Positions 34,186 to 43,839 of a stretch of DNA of 64,000 nt are shown here, piece by piece (positions within the stretch are counted from its first letter, which is position 1; each line of letters starts with the position of its first letter). The stretch comes from a virus: the IMG/VR virus record IMGVR_UViG_3300027784_000004, one strand, 5' to 3'. Both the position numbers and the translations under genes were made by a program. Under the pieces are notes generated by a model. That model ran no database searches and was not told where the DNA came from. It saw only the letters and a program-made list of their open reading frames with translations.

Positions 34186-36306
34186 TTACCTATTAACACG
34201 CTTACCCATAGCCCCTATAGAAAAGCCTGTAAAATCACCCCTTTTAATTTTTTTCCATTTTTCATTATCTAATATCTTAACAGCCATAACCCAACTACCT
34301 TTTTTAACATTGCCTTTGCCTAGTTTAAAGCTAACAGGCGCTATATAACTTTCTAATATTCTAGCTTCACTAAATGTTTTTTTGTGACTTAAGCCTATAG
34401 TTTGTGAATTTAACATATAGAAATGACAGCTTTTCTCAATTTCTTCTGCACTCATAATATCATTATGTGCATCTATTGTATCAGGCTCTAAAACTACACC
34501 ATAGATTATTTGTTTATCATCAATACTTTTAACTATTTTACATTCAATCTTTTTTTTTACCTTGCCAGTATCATCATCACCTTTATTATCTTCTAAGCTT
34601 TTTTTAACATGCTTAATTTTTCTATCAACTTCACCAAAATCACCCATTTTATATAGCGCTACAGGGTGTGGTAGTTTAAAATCTGCATCTTTTAATAAAT
34701 GCCTGTAAGCCTTATTACCTAAAGCTACAATATATTTAGGATTTACTTCTTTAATCTTGCTTATAAACCAATCGCTATAGCTTATAATTTCATCATTAGT
34801 TGGTTGTCTTAAGTAGCCATATTTATTATGCTTTGCTACGGGTACTAAATTAATTATATAAGTATCTTCTTTACTTAAGCCTAAAGGCTCTAAGTATTTA
34901 TCTTTAAATATCTTACCTGCTTTACCTGTAAGTGGCTCTTTTCTTAATACATCTTTATCACTAGGTGATGCACCTATAAAAGCTATACTAGCATTTTCAT
35001 CACCATATGGTGGTACATCAACTACCTGTAATGGTGAAGGTACATTTACATCACCTACGGTTATCTTCTTTTGTTTTTTATCTTCTCTATCAGGTGAAGT
35101 AGGTTTTTTGATGTAATAAGTAGCCACCTTTTTATGCTCTTTTTCAACATCTATAAAGGCTTTGAAAACTTTTATAAGCCTATCTTCGCTAGCTTGCATT
35201 ATAGATGTTTTATAGTGTTCTATCGCCTTTCTTTCTGCCATATATGCAAGCATAAAGTTTTCTTTATCGCTTTGTGCGCACTCTACATCATCAGGCAAAT
35301 CAGGTATTTCAACACCCATCATTTCTGCTAATTCATCTTTATGTTTTTCTTCGTGCCTTGCAAGCCTTCTAAAATAGCTTTCACTTATCCTATTTTCTGC
35401 ATTATCTGCCATGCATCTATAAACTGATTCACAATATGCTTCTAATTCTAAAGCCTTTTGTGTATTTTCAGCGCTAACCTCACTTAAACTTATTTGCTCA
35501 TAGTGTATATAATCTTTAGGTATTACTAAATATTTTTCTTTTACGCCACAATGTGCGCATCTATCAGGCTTTTTATAGCCAAGATATACATAACCGCAAA
35601 TATCGCAACGCCACGCCTTAAATTTTTTATATTTATATTTATCTTTATCAATAGGATTATTCCATGGAACGCTTATTTGTTCATCATCAAATTCTTCTGC
35701 CATTCTATCATATAATTCTTCAACTCTAGCCCTTACCCTATCTTCATCATCAGCAGGTATATCAACACCGCCCATAGCCCCTTGCAGTACACCAGCTATA
35801 GTAAATACTGCACTAGGTATTATATGTGGCTCACCATCTATAATATCAACATATGGTAGCTTGTAACCGCCTATTTGTTCTTGCAGTTGTTCATCATACC
35901 AAAGGTGTGCTTGCCTAAATTGCGCCCATTGTTCGCTATCCCATTGCTCAAAATCACCATCATTACCTATATATTGCCTAACTCTACCGCCAGCGCCAAC
36001 AGCATCTTCCATATCCCAAGTTCTATCTCTGCTAGCTAAAGGGTAATCAGGCAAAGTAGGTACAGCTTTATCTATATCATCATCAGGGTTATCACCTTCT
36101 ATATAATCTTCCCAATAACTTAAAGCCACCTCATAGCGCTGTTCTTCATCAGGGAAATCTTCAAGCGCTTCTTCATCAGCCATAAACCTATTTATAAAAT
36201 CTTCTCTTGTTTCTTCTGCTCTAGGTTCAGGCTTAAAAATAGCATCTGTATCATTAGTGCTAAAAGTATCTAAAAAATTCTTAAATAACTTGCTAATATT
36301 ACCCAC
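34186..36306 (-). CDS. Multidomain prohead protease: two phage head-associated domains, rubredoxin/ferritin-like unit, UDG-like domain, XkdF-type serine protease
   Basis: CDIC/CAHC, ExxH di-iron motifs, IAFIGASP..EPLTGKAG, YGVVLEPD..DAH.D..GFSIG. Confidence 0.85.
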   Translation of the reverse strand: MGNISKLFKNFLDTFSTNDTDAIFKPEPRAEETREDFINRFMADEEALEDFPDEEQRYEVALSYWEDYIEGDNPDDDIDKAVPTLPDYPLASRDRTWDMEDAVGAGGRVRQYIGNDGDFEQWDSEQWAQFRQAHLWYDEQLQEQIGGYKLPYVDIIDGEPHIIPSAVFTIAGVLQGAMGGVDIPADDEDRVRARVEELYDRMAEEFDDEQISVPWNNPIDKDKYKYKKFKAWRCDICGYVYLGYKKPDRCAHCGVKEKYLVIPKDYIHYEQISLSEVSAENTQKALELEAYCESVYRCMADNAENRISESYFRRLARHEEKHKDELAEMMGVEIPDLPDDVECAQSDKENFMLAYMAERKAIEHYKTSIMQASEDRLIKVFKAFIDVEKEHKKVATYYIKKPTSPDREDKKQKKITVGDVNVPSPLQVVDVPPYGDENASIAFIGASPSDKDVLRKEPLTGKAGKIFKDKYLEPLGLSKEDTYIINLVPVAKHNKYGYLRQPTNDEIISYSDWFISKIKEVNPKYIVALGNKAYRHLLKDADFKLPHPVALYKMGDFGEVDRKIKHVKKSLEDNKGDDDTGKVKKKIECKIVKSIDDKQIIYGVVLEPDTIDAHNDIMSAEEIEKSCHFYMLNSQTIGLSHKKTFSEARILESYIAPVSFKLGKGNVKKGSWVMAVKILDNEKWKKIKRGDFTGFSIGAMGKRVNR

Positions 36307-36337
36307 AAAATTAACCTCCTATCAGCTAATAACTTTT

Positions 36338-36928
36338 TTATTCAAAATTAACAAAACCTTCTATTTCTTCTTCATACCAGCCAAAAGCCACCCTAGCCAG
36401 CCCTTCATCTGTCTCATGCAAAACTAAACCTATAGCTTTAGAAGGTGGTACAATATATTTACCATCTTCATTACTTATAATAGTTGTATAATCTCTTGTT
36501 TGCCTTGTAAAACCCCTTATACCTCCAAAGTTTTCAATGCTTTCAATTAAGCCATCATTGTACCTTATTTGTGCTTTAGGCTCGCTAACAGGCTCAATTA
36601 AATTAGTACAAGTTATATTTTCACTTATAGTGTAGTTTTGAGTTTCATCTATATCAAAAATAAACTCTATATTAAATGGTATTTCTCCTGCCCCTTGCCT
36701 TGCTAAAAAATTAGTAACAGTCCAAGTATTTAAAAAAAGATATACACCTGAATTAGCAGGATTATGCAAAATACAGTATGCTATATTTTCCCCACCAAAA
36801 GTTAAATCTTCACTTTGACCTAAAAAATATTTCTTTTCTAAACTTAACCTTCTCAAATTATTATCTTTAATATTTAAAGAATGAATTATGTTATATCCTC
36901 TGTGATTTTCAGGCAACCTTATCACCAC
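36338..36928 (-). CDS. DUF6143-like protein
   Basis: KYFLGQSE.LTFG...NP.NSGV.LFLN..TVTNF. Confidence 0.6.
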   Translation of the reverse strand: MVIRLPENHRGYNIIHSLNIKDNNLRRLSLEKKYFLGQSEDLTFGGENIAYCILHNPANSGVYLFLNTWTVTNFLARQGAGEIPFNIEFIFDIDETQNYTISENITCTNLIEPVSEPKAQIRYNDGLIESIENFGGIRGFTRQTRDYTTIISNEDGKYIVPPSKAIGLVLHETDEGLARVAFGWYEEEIEGFVNFE

Positions 36929-36939
36929 CTTTTTTAATT

Positions 36940-37608
36940 TTAATCTTTTTGGTTAACTTGCCCTAAATGATACTTTTCTAAAAAATCATATTCACTCATA
37001 TTATGTAGTTCGCTGTGGTGTATTCTACAAAGTGGTATAACTTCCCTACCTTCATTATCTACTTTCTTTCTATTATTACCCATGCCAATTCTGCTACCTT
37101 CTAAATGGTGTTCTTCGCTATCTCTACCGCAAATACAACATATTTCTTGCTTTAGGCAAATAGCTATATATCTTTCAATATCATCAATAATATTTTTAGG
37201 GTGTTCTTGTAACTCTACACCATATTCAAAAGCAAATATTAGTAAAAATTCTATAAAATCACTAGCTAATACTTTGCCACATGTGCTTAAACTAAAAATT
37301 TCATACTGTATATTCTCTTTTAGAAATTCTTTCTTTAAATTCTCTTTTGTATATGCCTTGTTTGCACCTGTGCCATCTGCAATATCGCTTATTAAAGCGT
37401 ATATTTTTTTTCTTTGCTGTGGCGTTATCATATCAAGTTTTTCATTTTCTAATTTAGTGTTAACTTCAAAATCAACAATCAAAAATTTATCCATAAAATT
37501 ATATATCTCTTTTAATACGCTTTTTACGTTATCATCTTCAATAGCAAGTGTGATTTTCATTCCCTTTTTTAAAGTTTTAACATTATCTATTTCACATGTA
37601 AATCTCAT
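36940..37608 (-). CDS. Putative HNHc-type nuclease
   Basis: CCICG...HH...IGMG.NR...IPLCR.HH.E.H. Confidence 0.8.
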   Translation of the reverse strand: MRFTCEIDNVKTLKKGMKITLAIEDDNVKSVLKEIYNFMDKFLIVDFEVNTKLENEKLDMITPQQRKKIYALISDIADGTGANKAYTKENLKKEFLKENIQYEIFSLSTCGKVLASDFIEFLLIFAFEYGVELQEHPKNIIDDIERYIAICLKQEICCICGRDSEEHHLEGSRIGMGNNRKKVDNEGREVIPLCRIHHSELHNMSEYDFLEKYHLGQVNQKD

Positions 37609-37622
37609 ATTTTATGCCCCTT

Positions 37623-38558
37623 TTAATCAACTGGAAAACTATAGTCAACACCGCATCTACATCTTACATGCATTGGTGGTTCATCTACTAAACCATAAGG
37701 CGTATCAAACATTCTATCAATACCAACTTCAACACCTATCATTTCCATGCATAAAGGACATAGCCTATCATCAGGTGTTACTATCCATGCCTTTTTACCT
37801 AATGCCCTATTAAGCACGCCAGCCCCTACGCCTGCCCTTACTAGGCTTGAATACCCTTCATTTGCATATAAGATACTTTCATTATCGCCAAATCTTTGCG
37901 CCCTATATTCTAAAGAGTTTTCAGCATAGTTATTAGTAAGGCTTTCTATTCTATCAAAAGTTATTTCTTGTTCTATTAAATTACGCCTGTAGTTATTAAC
38001 TGCCCTTGTTTGCCTTTGTGTTAACCCTATTATAGGCAATAAAAAAGATGCTTTTCTAAAAGCACCTACATCATCTTCATTATTTATCTGCCTTAAGCCA
38101 TCTTCAAAAGCCACCCTACTAGAATTTCTCATATAATTAACTAGTTCATTTTCTCTCGTATTTATCCAGTTTTGTATATCGCCATTCATTTCAAAATCAA
38201 AATCTCTCATAGTTGGTGGTAAATGTATTTTCATTTCATTGCCAGCTTGTAAAATTGTTTGCTCAATAGGTTCTCTAATATTTCTTAAATTATTTTCATA
38301 TATCTGCCAATCCACTTCACGCTGTATCATATTCAAATTAGCATCTGCAAAGCCTTGCCTTACTCTTGATACTCTTACATTATCTTTAAGCGAATTGGTA
38401 GCTAAAAGCAAAACACTTGCTAATACAGGTGCTATATTATCAGCTATAGAATGTATCTTTTGATAAGTTGGTACATCAGCTTGTTCATCTACTCTATTAG
38501 CCCCTAAACTTTCCATTTCCCTTATTTCTACATCTTCTTGTTTAGTAATCCATACCAT
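37623..38558 (-). CDS. Minor head protein (MuF / SPP1 gp7-like)
   Basis: KKAWIVTPDDRLCPLC...PPMHVRCRC; start moved to MVWIT. Confidence 0.85.
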   Translation of the reverse strand: MVWITKQEDVEIREMESLGANRVDEQADVPTYQKIHSIADNIAPVLASVLLLATNSLKDNVRVSRVRQGFADANLNMIQREVDWQIYENNLRNIREPIEQTILQAGNEMKIHLPPTMRDFDFEMNGDIQNWINTRENELVNYMRNSSRVAFEDGLRQINNEDDVGAFRKASFLLPIIGLTQRQTRAVNNYRRNLIEQEITFDRIESLTNNYAENSLEYRAQRFGDNESILYANEGYSSLVRAGVGAGVLNRALGKKAWIVTPDDRLCPLCMEMIGVEVGIDRMFDTPYGLVDEPPMHVRCRCGVDYSFPVD

Positions 38559-39846
38559 TTTTATGCTCACCGCCACCATTTTCAGTAGGCAAATTAGCAA
38601 TTCTTCTAAGATAGTTTTCTAAATCTTCATCAGGGAAAATAGTAGCGCCTGCCCCTGATAGTGTATTTATATATTCTGCTAAATCTTTTAGATTAATTTT
38701 TCTTATTTTACCAGCTTTTATTTTAGGTAATCTTTCTAAATCAAAGCCATTTATTTTAAATAGTTTTGGTATCGCTTTTCTATTAAACTCCGCTTCTATA
38801 CTATCTAACCAAGTTTTTAATGCAGTAACAAATAAATCAGTTTTATCATTACTAAGCGCAAAGCTACCTGTGCCACTTTGCCCAAGTAATAAAAAATCAG
38901 CCATTACGCTCATAGCAATTCTTTTATCATATCTTTCTACTATTTCACTTGTATCAAATTGCCTGCTACCGCCAGTACTCATTAATTGTAAATCATACAT
39001 TTTATTACCCTGTTCATCATGTACTAGTGGGAAAACTATACCTTCTTGTTCATCACGCCTTATATTAGTTACTATATCTCGTACAGTTTCAAAAATAGCC
39101 TTTTCTTCTGTGCTAGCATTTTCATCTAATATTTCAGGTGGAACCCATGCAACGGGTAAACCTGCTAAATCTCTTTCAATACCTATACCTTCAATTTCTT
39201 CTATGTTCTTTTTAAAATACCATGGTCTGTAGCTGTTTCTTAAAATACTTCTGCCTTCGGGATTGCCTTTTTGTGAAGTTGTTTTAAAAAGTAAGGCTTT
39301 TTCCATTGGTATAGTGCGAATTTTAAAATTAGGTGGTTGTATCTGTGCCATTGCTACCACATGCCCATTATCGCCAAATTGCCATTTATACAATGTATCT
39401 TGCGCCCTAATAGCTATCTTTTCCCAGCCAACAAGCCCATCACCAAACCTGCTACTTTTACTTTCATCTTCTTTTAAGCCTAAGCGCTTTTTATATACCA
39501 ACTCGAAAAAACTCCAGCCATATGTTAGCATAGATAATATTTCTGATATTAATTCTTCCCATGTAATACTCATATCCTGCATACAACTATTAACAAAATT
39601 AGCCTTTTCAACATCTTCTTCTTCTTCGCTAAATGGTTTAACCTTCCAATCTACTTGCCTTATTAGCTTTTCAATAGCAAATAAAATAGCGCCTACTATA
39701 GGGTCATTATCGCTCATTTCCTTAAAGATTCTAGTGCGCTTTTCTGTGCTAATTAATTCAGGTAAAAATTCTTCATATATCAAGCCAGCATATCTTTTTA
39801 AACCAGTATCACCTAGTTCTCGCATATTTAAATTTCTGTTAGGCAA
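38542..39846 (-). CDS. Portal protein
   Basis: GNPEGRSILR..YRPWYFK, GIGIERDLAG.P; position. Confidence 0.9.
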   Translation of the reverse strand: MPNRNLNMRELGDTGLKRYAGLIYEEFLPELISTEKRTRIFKEMSDNDPIVGAILFAIEKLIRQVDWKVKPFSEEEEDVEKANFVNSCMQDMSITWEELISEILSMLTYGWSFFELVYKKRLGLKEDESKSSRFGDGLVGWEKIAIRAQDTLYKWQFGDNGHVVAMAQIQPPNFKIRTIPMEKALLFKTTSQKGNPEGRSILRNSYRPWYFKKNIEEIEGIGIERDLAGLPVAWVPPEILDENASTEEKAIFETVRDIVTNIRRDEQEGIVFPLVHDEQGNKMYDLQLMSTGGSRQFDTSEIVERYDKRIAMSVMADFLLLGQSGTGSFALSNDKTDLFVTALKTWLDSIEAEFNRKAIPKLFKINGFDLERLPKIKAGKIRKINLKDLAEYINTLSGAGATIFPDEDLENYLRRIANLPTENGGGEHKNGMDY

Positions 39847-39891
39847 ATTATACTCACCACCTTCTTTTAAAACTTAAGCTTTAAAAACTGA

Positions 39892-40057
39892 TTAAACACT
39901 CTCTGCACCAACTTCTAAAAGTGCGCTGTAAGTTCTTATTGCTTTAGTTTGTATCTTCATCACCAACTGCCATTTCTTCATCAATCCATGTGTTAATATC
40001 TGTTTGTAAATCATCAATATTATTCGCTTCAAAAATTTGCACTTGTTCTGTAGCCAT
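39892..40057 (-). pseudogene. Small ORF split by a +1 shift, weakly Cse60-like
   Basis: MATEQVQIFEANNIDDLQTDINTWIDEE (stops at 37 aa) then MKIQTKAIRTYSALLEV in the next frame. Confidence 0.35.
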
Positions 40058-40080
40058 TATATTTCACCCCCTTTTGTTTT

Positions 40081-41286
40081 TTAAAATTCTTCACGCCATC
40101 TTGTTGACATTCTTGCATCTCCATTACCATCAGGTATTGATACAAAAGAAAGCGTATCATTAGGAAATAAACTTATTAAAAAATCTCTTAGATGTATTTG
40201 AGTAGAATCAGTACTACGGGTTCCAAATTGCAATACAGTTTCTCCACCTTCTACTGTAGTGGCTTGCGTATCAATTTCTAATGTTGAATCAACTTCTATA
40301 TCTTGCCAATTAGGTGTGCCAACTAAAGTAGCGTTTAATACCAGTTCAAAGTTATTAAGCTGTGCGCCAGTATCACTAACGGTTGAAATAAATCCAAATA
40401 TAGATTCTATAGTGTTTGGTCTGCCACTATAAATATCTTTGCTTCTTAAAGTAAAGATATTATTTCTTACATTTGCAATAGCATCTTTTAGGTTGCTTGC
40501 GCTAAAATATCTTTCACTTGCCCTAGTAATCTCACCAACTACGCCTGCATTTAAAGAACCTGTGCGCATTATAATAGTGGTATCATCAGCATTTATTTTT
40601 TCTACCGTATATCTAACAGGCAAAACAGGCTGTATAATAGATACCATAGGTTCACTATTAGGATAATTTTCCCTGTGAAACTCTATCCATTCTCCATCAT
40701 TAGTCATAGTTTCATATATTATTACGCTTGCACCAAGCCAGCCAAATCTTATCCTAAAAAGATTACTATTAGAAAAAATCATATCAAATTCACTATCTGC
40801 GCCACCGTTTAAATTATCTCTATTAAAATCTTCTTGATAAGTAATATAATCTGTGCCAGCCCTGCGCCTTATTACACAAAATCTTTCACCTAAAAAACCT
40901 ATCATATACCCATTATCATCATTAAATAAACCTGCTAGCTGATTAGCATTTTCTATGCCATTTTTGCCATTCTCGCCAGTAGTAAAGCCTAAAGTAAATT
41001 GTGCAAAGCCTTCATGCCCTGCAACATACCTTAAATTTCTTTTAGTTCTCATACTAGCAAAACCATTAACATCTTCACCAGTTGATATTAAAGCCATAGC
41101 ATCTTGCTCAACAATAGTACCAGTTTCTTGTGTATCTAATATAAGTTCTCTTTCACTTAAGCCATATTCAAAAGTAACAGAAACTGTATCTACTCTGCTA
41201 GCTGTTATTAAATTAGAAAACACATCAACCCTAGCTTCATTTAATCTATTAAAATGCCTATGGTTTTTGTAGCTTTTTATACTCAA
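40081..41286 (-). CDS. Beta-rich hypothetical (probable structural/lectin-like) protein
   Basis: LRYVAG, IRFGWLGAS, LPVRY; lies between terminase and portal. Confidence 0.65.
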   Translation of the reverse strand: MSIKSYKNHRHFNRLNEARVDVFSNLITASRVDTVSVTFEYGLSERELILDTQETGTIVEQDAMALISTGEDVNGFASMRTKRNLRYVAGHEGFAQFTLGFTTGENGKNGIENANQLAGLFNDDNGYMIGFLGERFCVIRRRAGTDYITYQEDFNRDNLNGGADSEFDMIFSNSNLFRIRFGWLGASVIIYETMTNDGEWIEFHRENYPNSEPMVSIIQPVLPVRYTVEKINADDTTIIMRTGSLNAGVVGEITRASERYFSASNLKDAIANVRNNIFTLRSKDIYSGRPNTIESIFGFISTVSDTGAQLNNFELVLNATLVGTPNWQDIEVDSTLEIDTQATTVEGGETVLQFGTRSTDSTQIHLRDFLISLFPNDTLSFVSIPDGNGDARMSTRWREEF

Positions 41287-41320
41287 AATATTACACCCCC
41301 TTAATTAAACAATAAACAAA

Positions 41321-41779
41321 CTAAATTTTCTTATCATCTGATATATCAGTTAATATATTAATGCTCCTTAAAAATGCATCATTACTATTATCTTTTTTTC
41401 TTATAAGTTCTTTCTTTATTACTCTTAAAATATCGCCTATAAAAGCACCTTCACTATCTTCATTTTTAAACTGTATTTTATAGTGTTTGCCAGCATATAA
41501 GCCCTGTTTTTCTAATATTTTTAATAGTTTTTCATCACTTTTTTTATCACTAACTTTTTTCTTTTTTTTAACGCCACCTATATTATTACTAATATCAATA
41601 GTTACCCTGCCTTTTAAATCTTTAATAGCCATATTAGCTAACACCCCTTTTTTAAAATCGCTAACTATTCTATCTGCTAAAGCCTGTTTAGTATCATAAC
41701 ATTCACCATAAATACCAGCCTTACATATATGCTCTATGCTGTGAATACATTTCTTTTCACAAAGCTTTAAACTCTCCAT
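41321..41779 (-). CDS. Hypothetical protein
   Basis: ORF overlapping the terL stop. Confidence 0.55.
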   Translation of the reverse strand: MESLKLCEKKCIHSIEHICKAGIYGECYDTKQALADRIVSDFKKGVLANMAIKDLKGRVTIDISNNIGGVKKKKKVSDKKSDEKLLKILEKQGLYAGKHYKIQFKNEDSEGAFIGDILRVIKKELIRKKDNSNDAFLRSINILTDISDDKKI

Positions 41780-43092
41780 CTTGATGCCTTCTTTTGTGTG
41801 CTAATAGGTGATACTTTAGGTGCATTTTTATTAAGCATTAATTCAGTTAATGCCCATACAACTGCATCAAGCCTATTAGGTGATTTTGTAGATGTAGTAG
41901 GTACATAAGTACATAGTTCATCTTCTAATTTAGCAAAATTGCCTACATGCTTAACTAAGCCACGCTCATATAAAGCAGAAATAGGCTCTGCCCTTGTTAT
42001 TTTACCCCTGCTAGCGTGAACGCTCTTATATGATACCTTGTTATCAACACCATATATTAATTCTTCTATTAAATCGCCACCGTTATTTGCTTCGCCAATT
42101 ATTCTATCTGATTCATAATTATAATAAGCATTAATAGATATTTCTGCCCATTTTTTAGGTGATACCTTGCACGTTTTATCAGCCAACACATAAGCTATAT
42201 TATCTACGCCAAGCCCTGCAACTACTATACCCGTTTCATCACTCTTTTCATTAGCAGTAACAGCAGGGTCAATAGCAACAACAACCCTTTTTAACTCAAC
42301 TAAATCATCTTCATCAACTCTATTTTTTTCAATTAAATCTCTGCTCCACAATGCCCCTTCAACATCTTCTAAAATATTAGCATAAAGTTCTTGTTCTCCA
42401 AGCCTTGTACCCTCATATCTTGCAACTATATCCCTAAAAAACTTTTCAGGTAAATTTGCCCTGTTATCATATGTGCTACCCCTAGTAATATAAGTTCCAA
42501 CTTCTTGCATTATTTTTTTTAAAACAGGTATATTTTTTGGTGTAGTGGTAATAATAGTCCTAGGATTATCACCAAGCCTAGTAGCAAGCTGTAAATTATC
42601 CCATGTTTTTTCAGGGTATTTAAAACTACATAATTCATCAACCCAAGCTAAATCAAATTCGGGTCCTCTAATTTGTTCAGGGTTTGCACCACTATAAACT
42701 GTAGCTATAGTGCCATTTGCCCATGTAAGCCTTCTTTTGCTAGGCTCATATTTTGGTCTTTTTAATGGCTCACCAACATTTAAAATACCACTCTCACCCT
42801 GTATAACAACATCCCTAGCACTAGCAGGCGTTTCCGATACTAAAGCAATACGCCTAACTTTGCCAGCTTGCGCCTGTTCATCAACAAACTCTGCGCCAGT
42901 TCTCGACTTACCAAAACCACGCCCTGCAAGTAGTAACCAAATAGCCCAATCATTGTCAGGTGCTAATTGTTCATCTCTAGCTAAAAAAGCCCAATTTCTT
43001 AAGATACCTTTTAAGTCAATTCCATATTTTTTAGCAAAAACTTCTCTACTTTCTCTATCTAATTCCATTAACTTTTCAGCAGGAGATACCAA
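41767..43092 (-). CDS. terL: Terminase large subunit
   Basis: Walker A AGRGFGKS, Walker B AWVDE, nuclease VVAIDPA...DETG, DAVVWA. Confidence 0.97.
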   Translation of the reverse strand: MVSPAEKLMELDRESREVFAKKYGIDLKGILRNWAFLARDEQLAPDNDWAIWLLLAGRGFGKSRTGAEFVDEQAQAGKVRRIALVSETPASARDVVIQGESGILNVGEPLKRPKYEPSKRRLTWANGTIATVYSGANPEQIRGPEFDLAWVDELCSFKYPEKTWDNLQLATRLGDNPRTIITTTPKNIPVLKKIMQEVGTYITRGSTYDNRANLPEKFFRDIVARYEGTRLGEQELYANILEDVEGALWSRDLIEKNRVDEDDLVELKRVVVAIDPAVTANEKSDETGIVVAGLGVDNIAYVLADKTCKVSPKKWAEISINAYYNYESDRIIGEANNGGDLIEELIYGVDNKVSYKSVHASRGKITRAEPISALYERGLVKHVGNFAKLEDELCTYVPTTSTKSPNRLDAVVWALTELMLNKNAPKVSPISTQKKASRWRV

Positions 43093-43231
43093 AATAAACT
43101 ACCTCCTTTTGATTAACCCTATTAAGCCTGCTAACTTTTTAACTACTTTTTCAAAATATAAAGCATCACATATCAACATAAATAAGTTTTTAAATTCAAA
43201 TTTTACTTCTAAAAAGCTATCTCTTAAGGTT

Positions 43232-43744
43232 TTATTTTTCACTAGAATCATTCTCTTTTTTTTCTTTATTAGAAAGCTTTTCTATTTCATCTAAAAAGTT
43301 TTCTCTTATAGCTTTCACATCTTTCACTTCAACATCAGCACTTAATTCTACTTTTTGTACCGCTTTTTCAATTACCCCTGATTGAGATAACATATTATAT
43401 ATATTACCTATATTTGCATCAATTTGTTTTAGTGCGCCAAGCTTGATACTTTCATTTTCACTATCTTTAAAAACTCTATATAATTCCCTTCTTACCTCTT
43501 TTTGCTCTGCTACTATATCTAAAAATAGAAGTTCAGGGTTTTCTAATTCAAAATCAAATACATATTTTATCCAATCTACCCTAGTGTACCAATCTTTTTT
43601 TATAGTTGAATCTTTAACGCCATATTTTTTAGACAATATCTCTGCTATGTTATCTAATGAAAAACCCCTGTATTTATAACTACATAACTCACGCCTGCGC
43701 TTATTAATTTCTTGCACTTTAACTAACCCCCCTATTTTCTGCAT
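43232..43744 (-). CDS. terS: Terminase small subunit
   Basis: N-terminal HTH, helical body, directly upstream of terL. Confidence 0.7.
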   Translation of the reverse strand: MQKIGGLVKVQEINKRRRELCSYKYRGFSLDNIAEILSKKYGVKDSTIKKDWYTRVDWIKYVFDFELENPELLFLDIVAEQKEVRRELYRVFKDSENESIKLGALKQIDANIGNIYNMLSQSGVIEKAVQKVELSADVEVKDVKAIRENFLDEIEKLSNKEKKENDSSEK

Positions 43745-43839
43745 ATTTTATTATTTAAATTATTGATAAGCATATATTTTATTTTTTTTATTTTCTCATT
43801 TTTTTAAGATAAAAAATGCCATAAACTTAGTTATAACAG

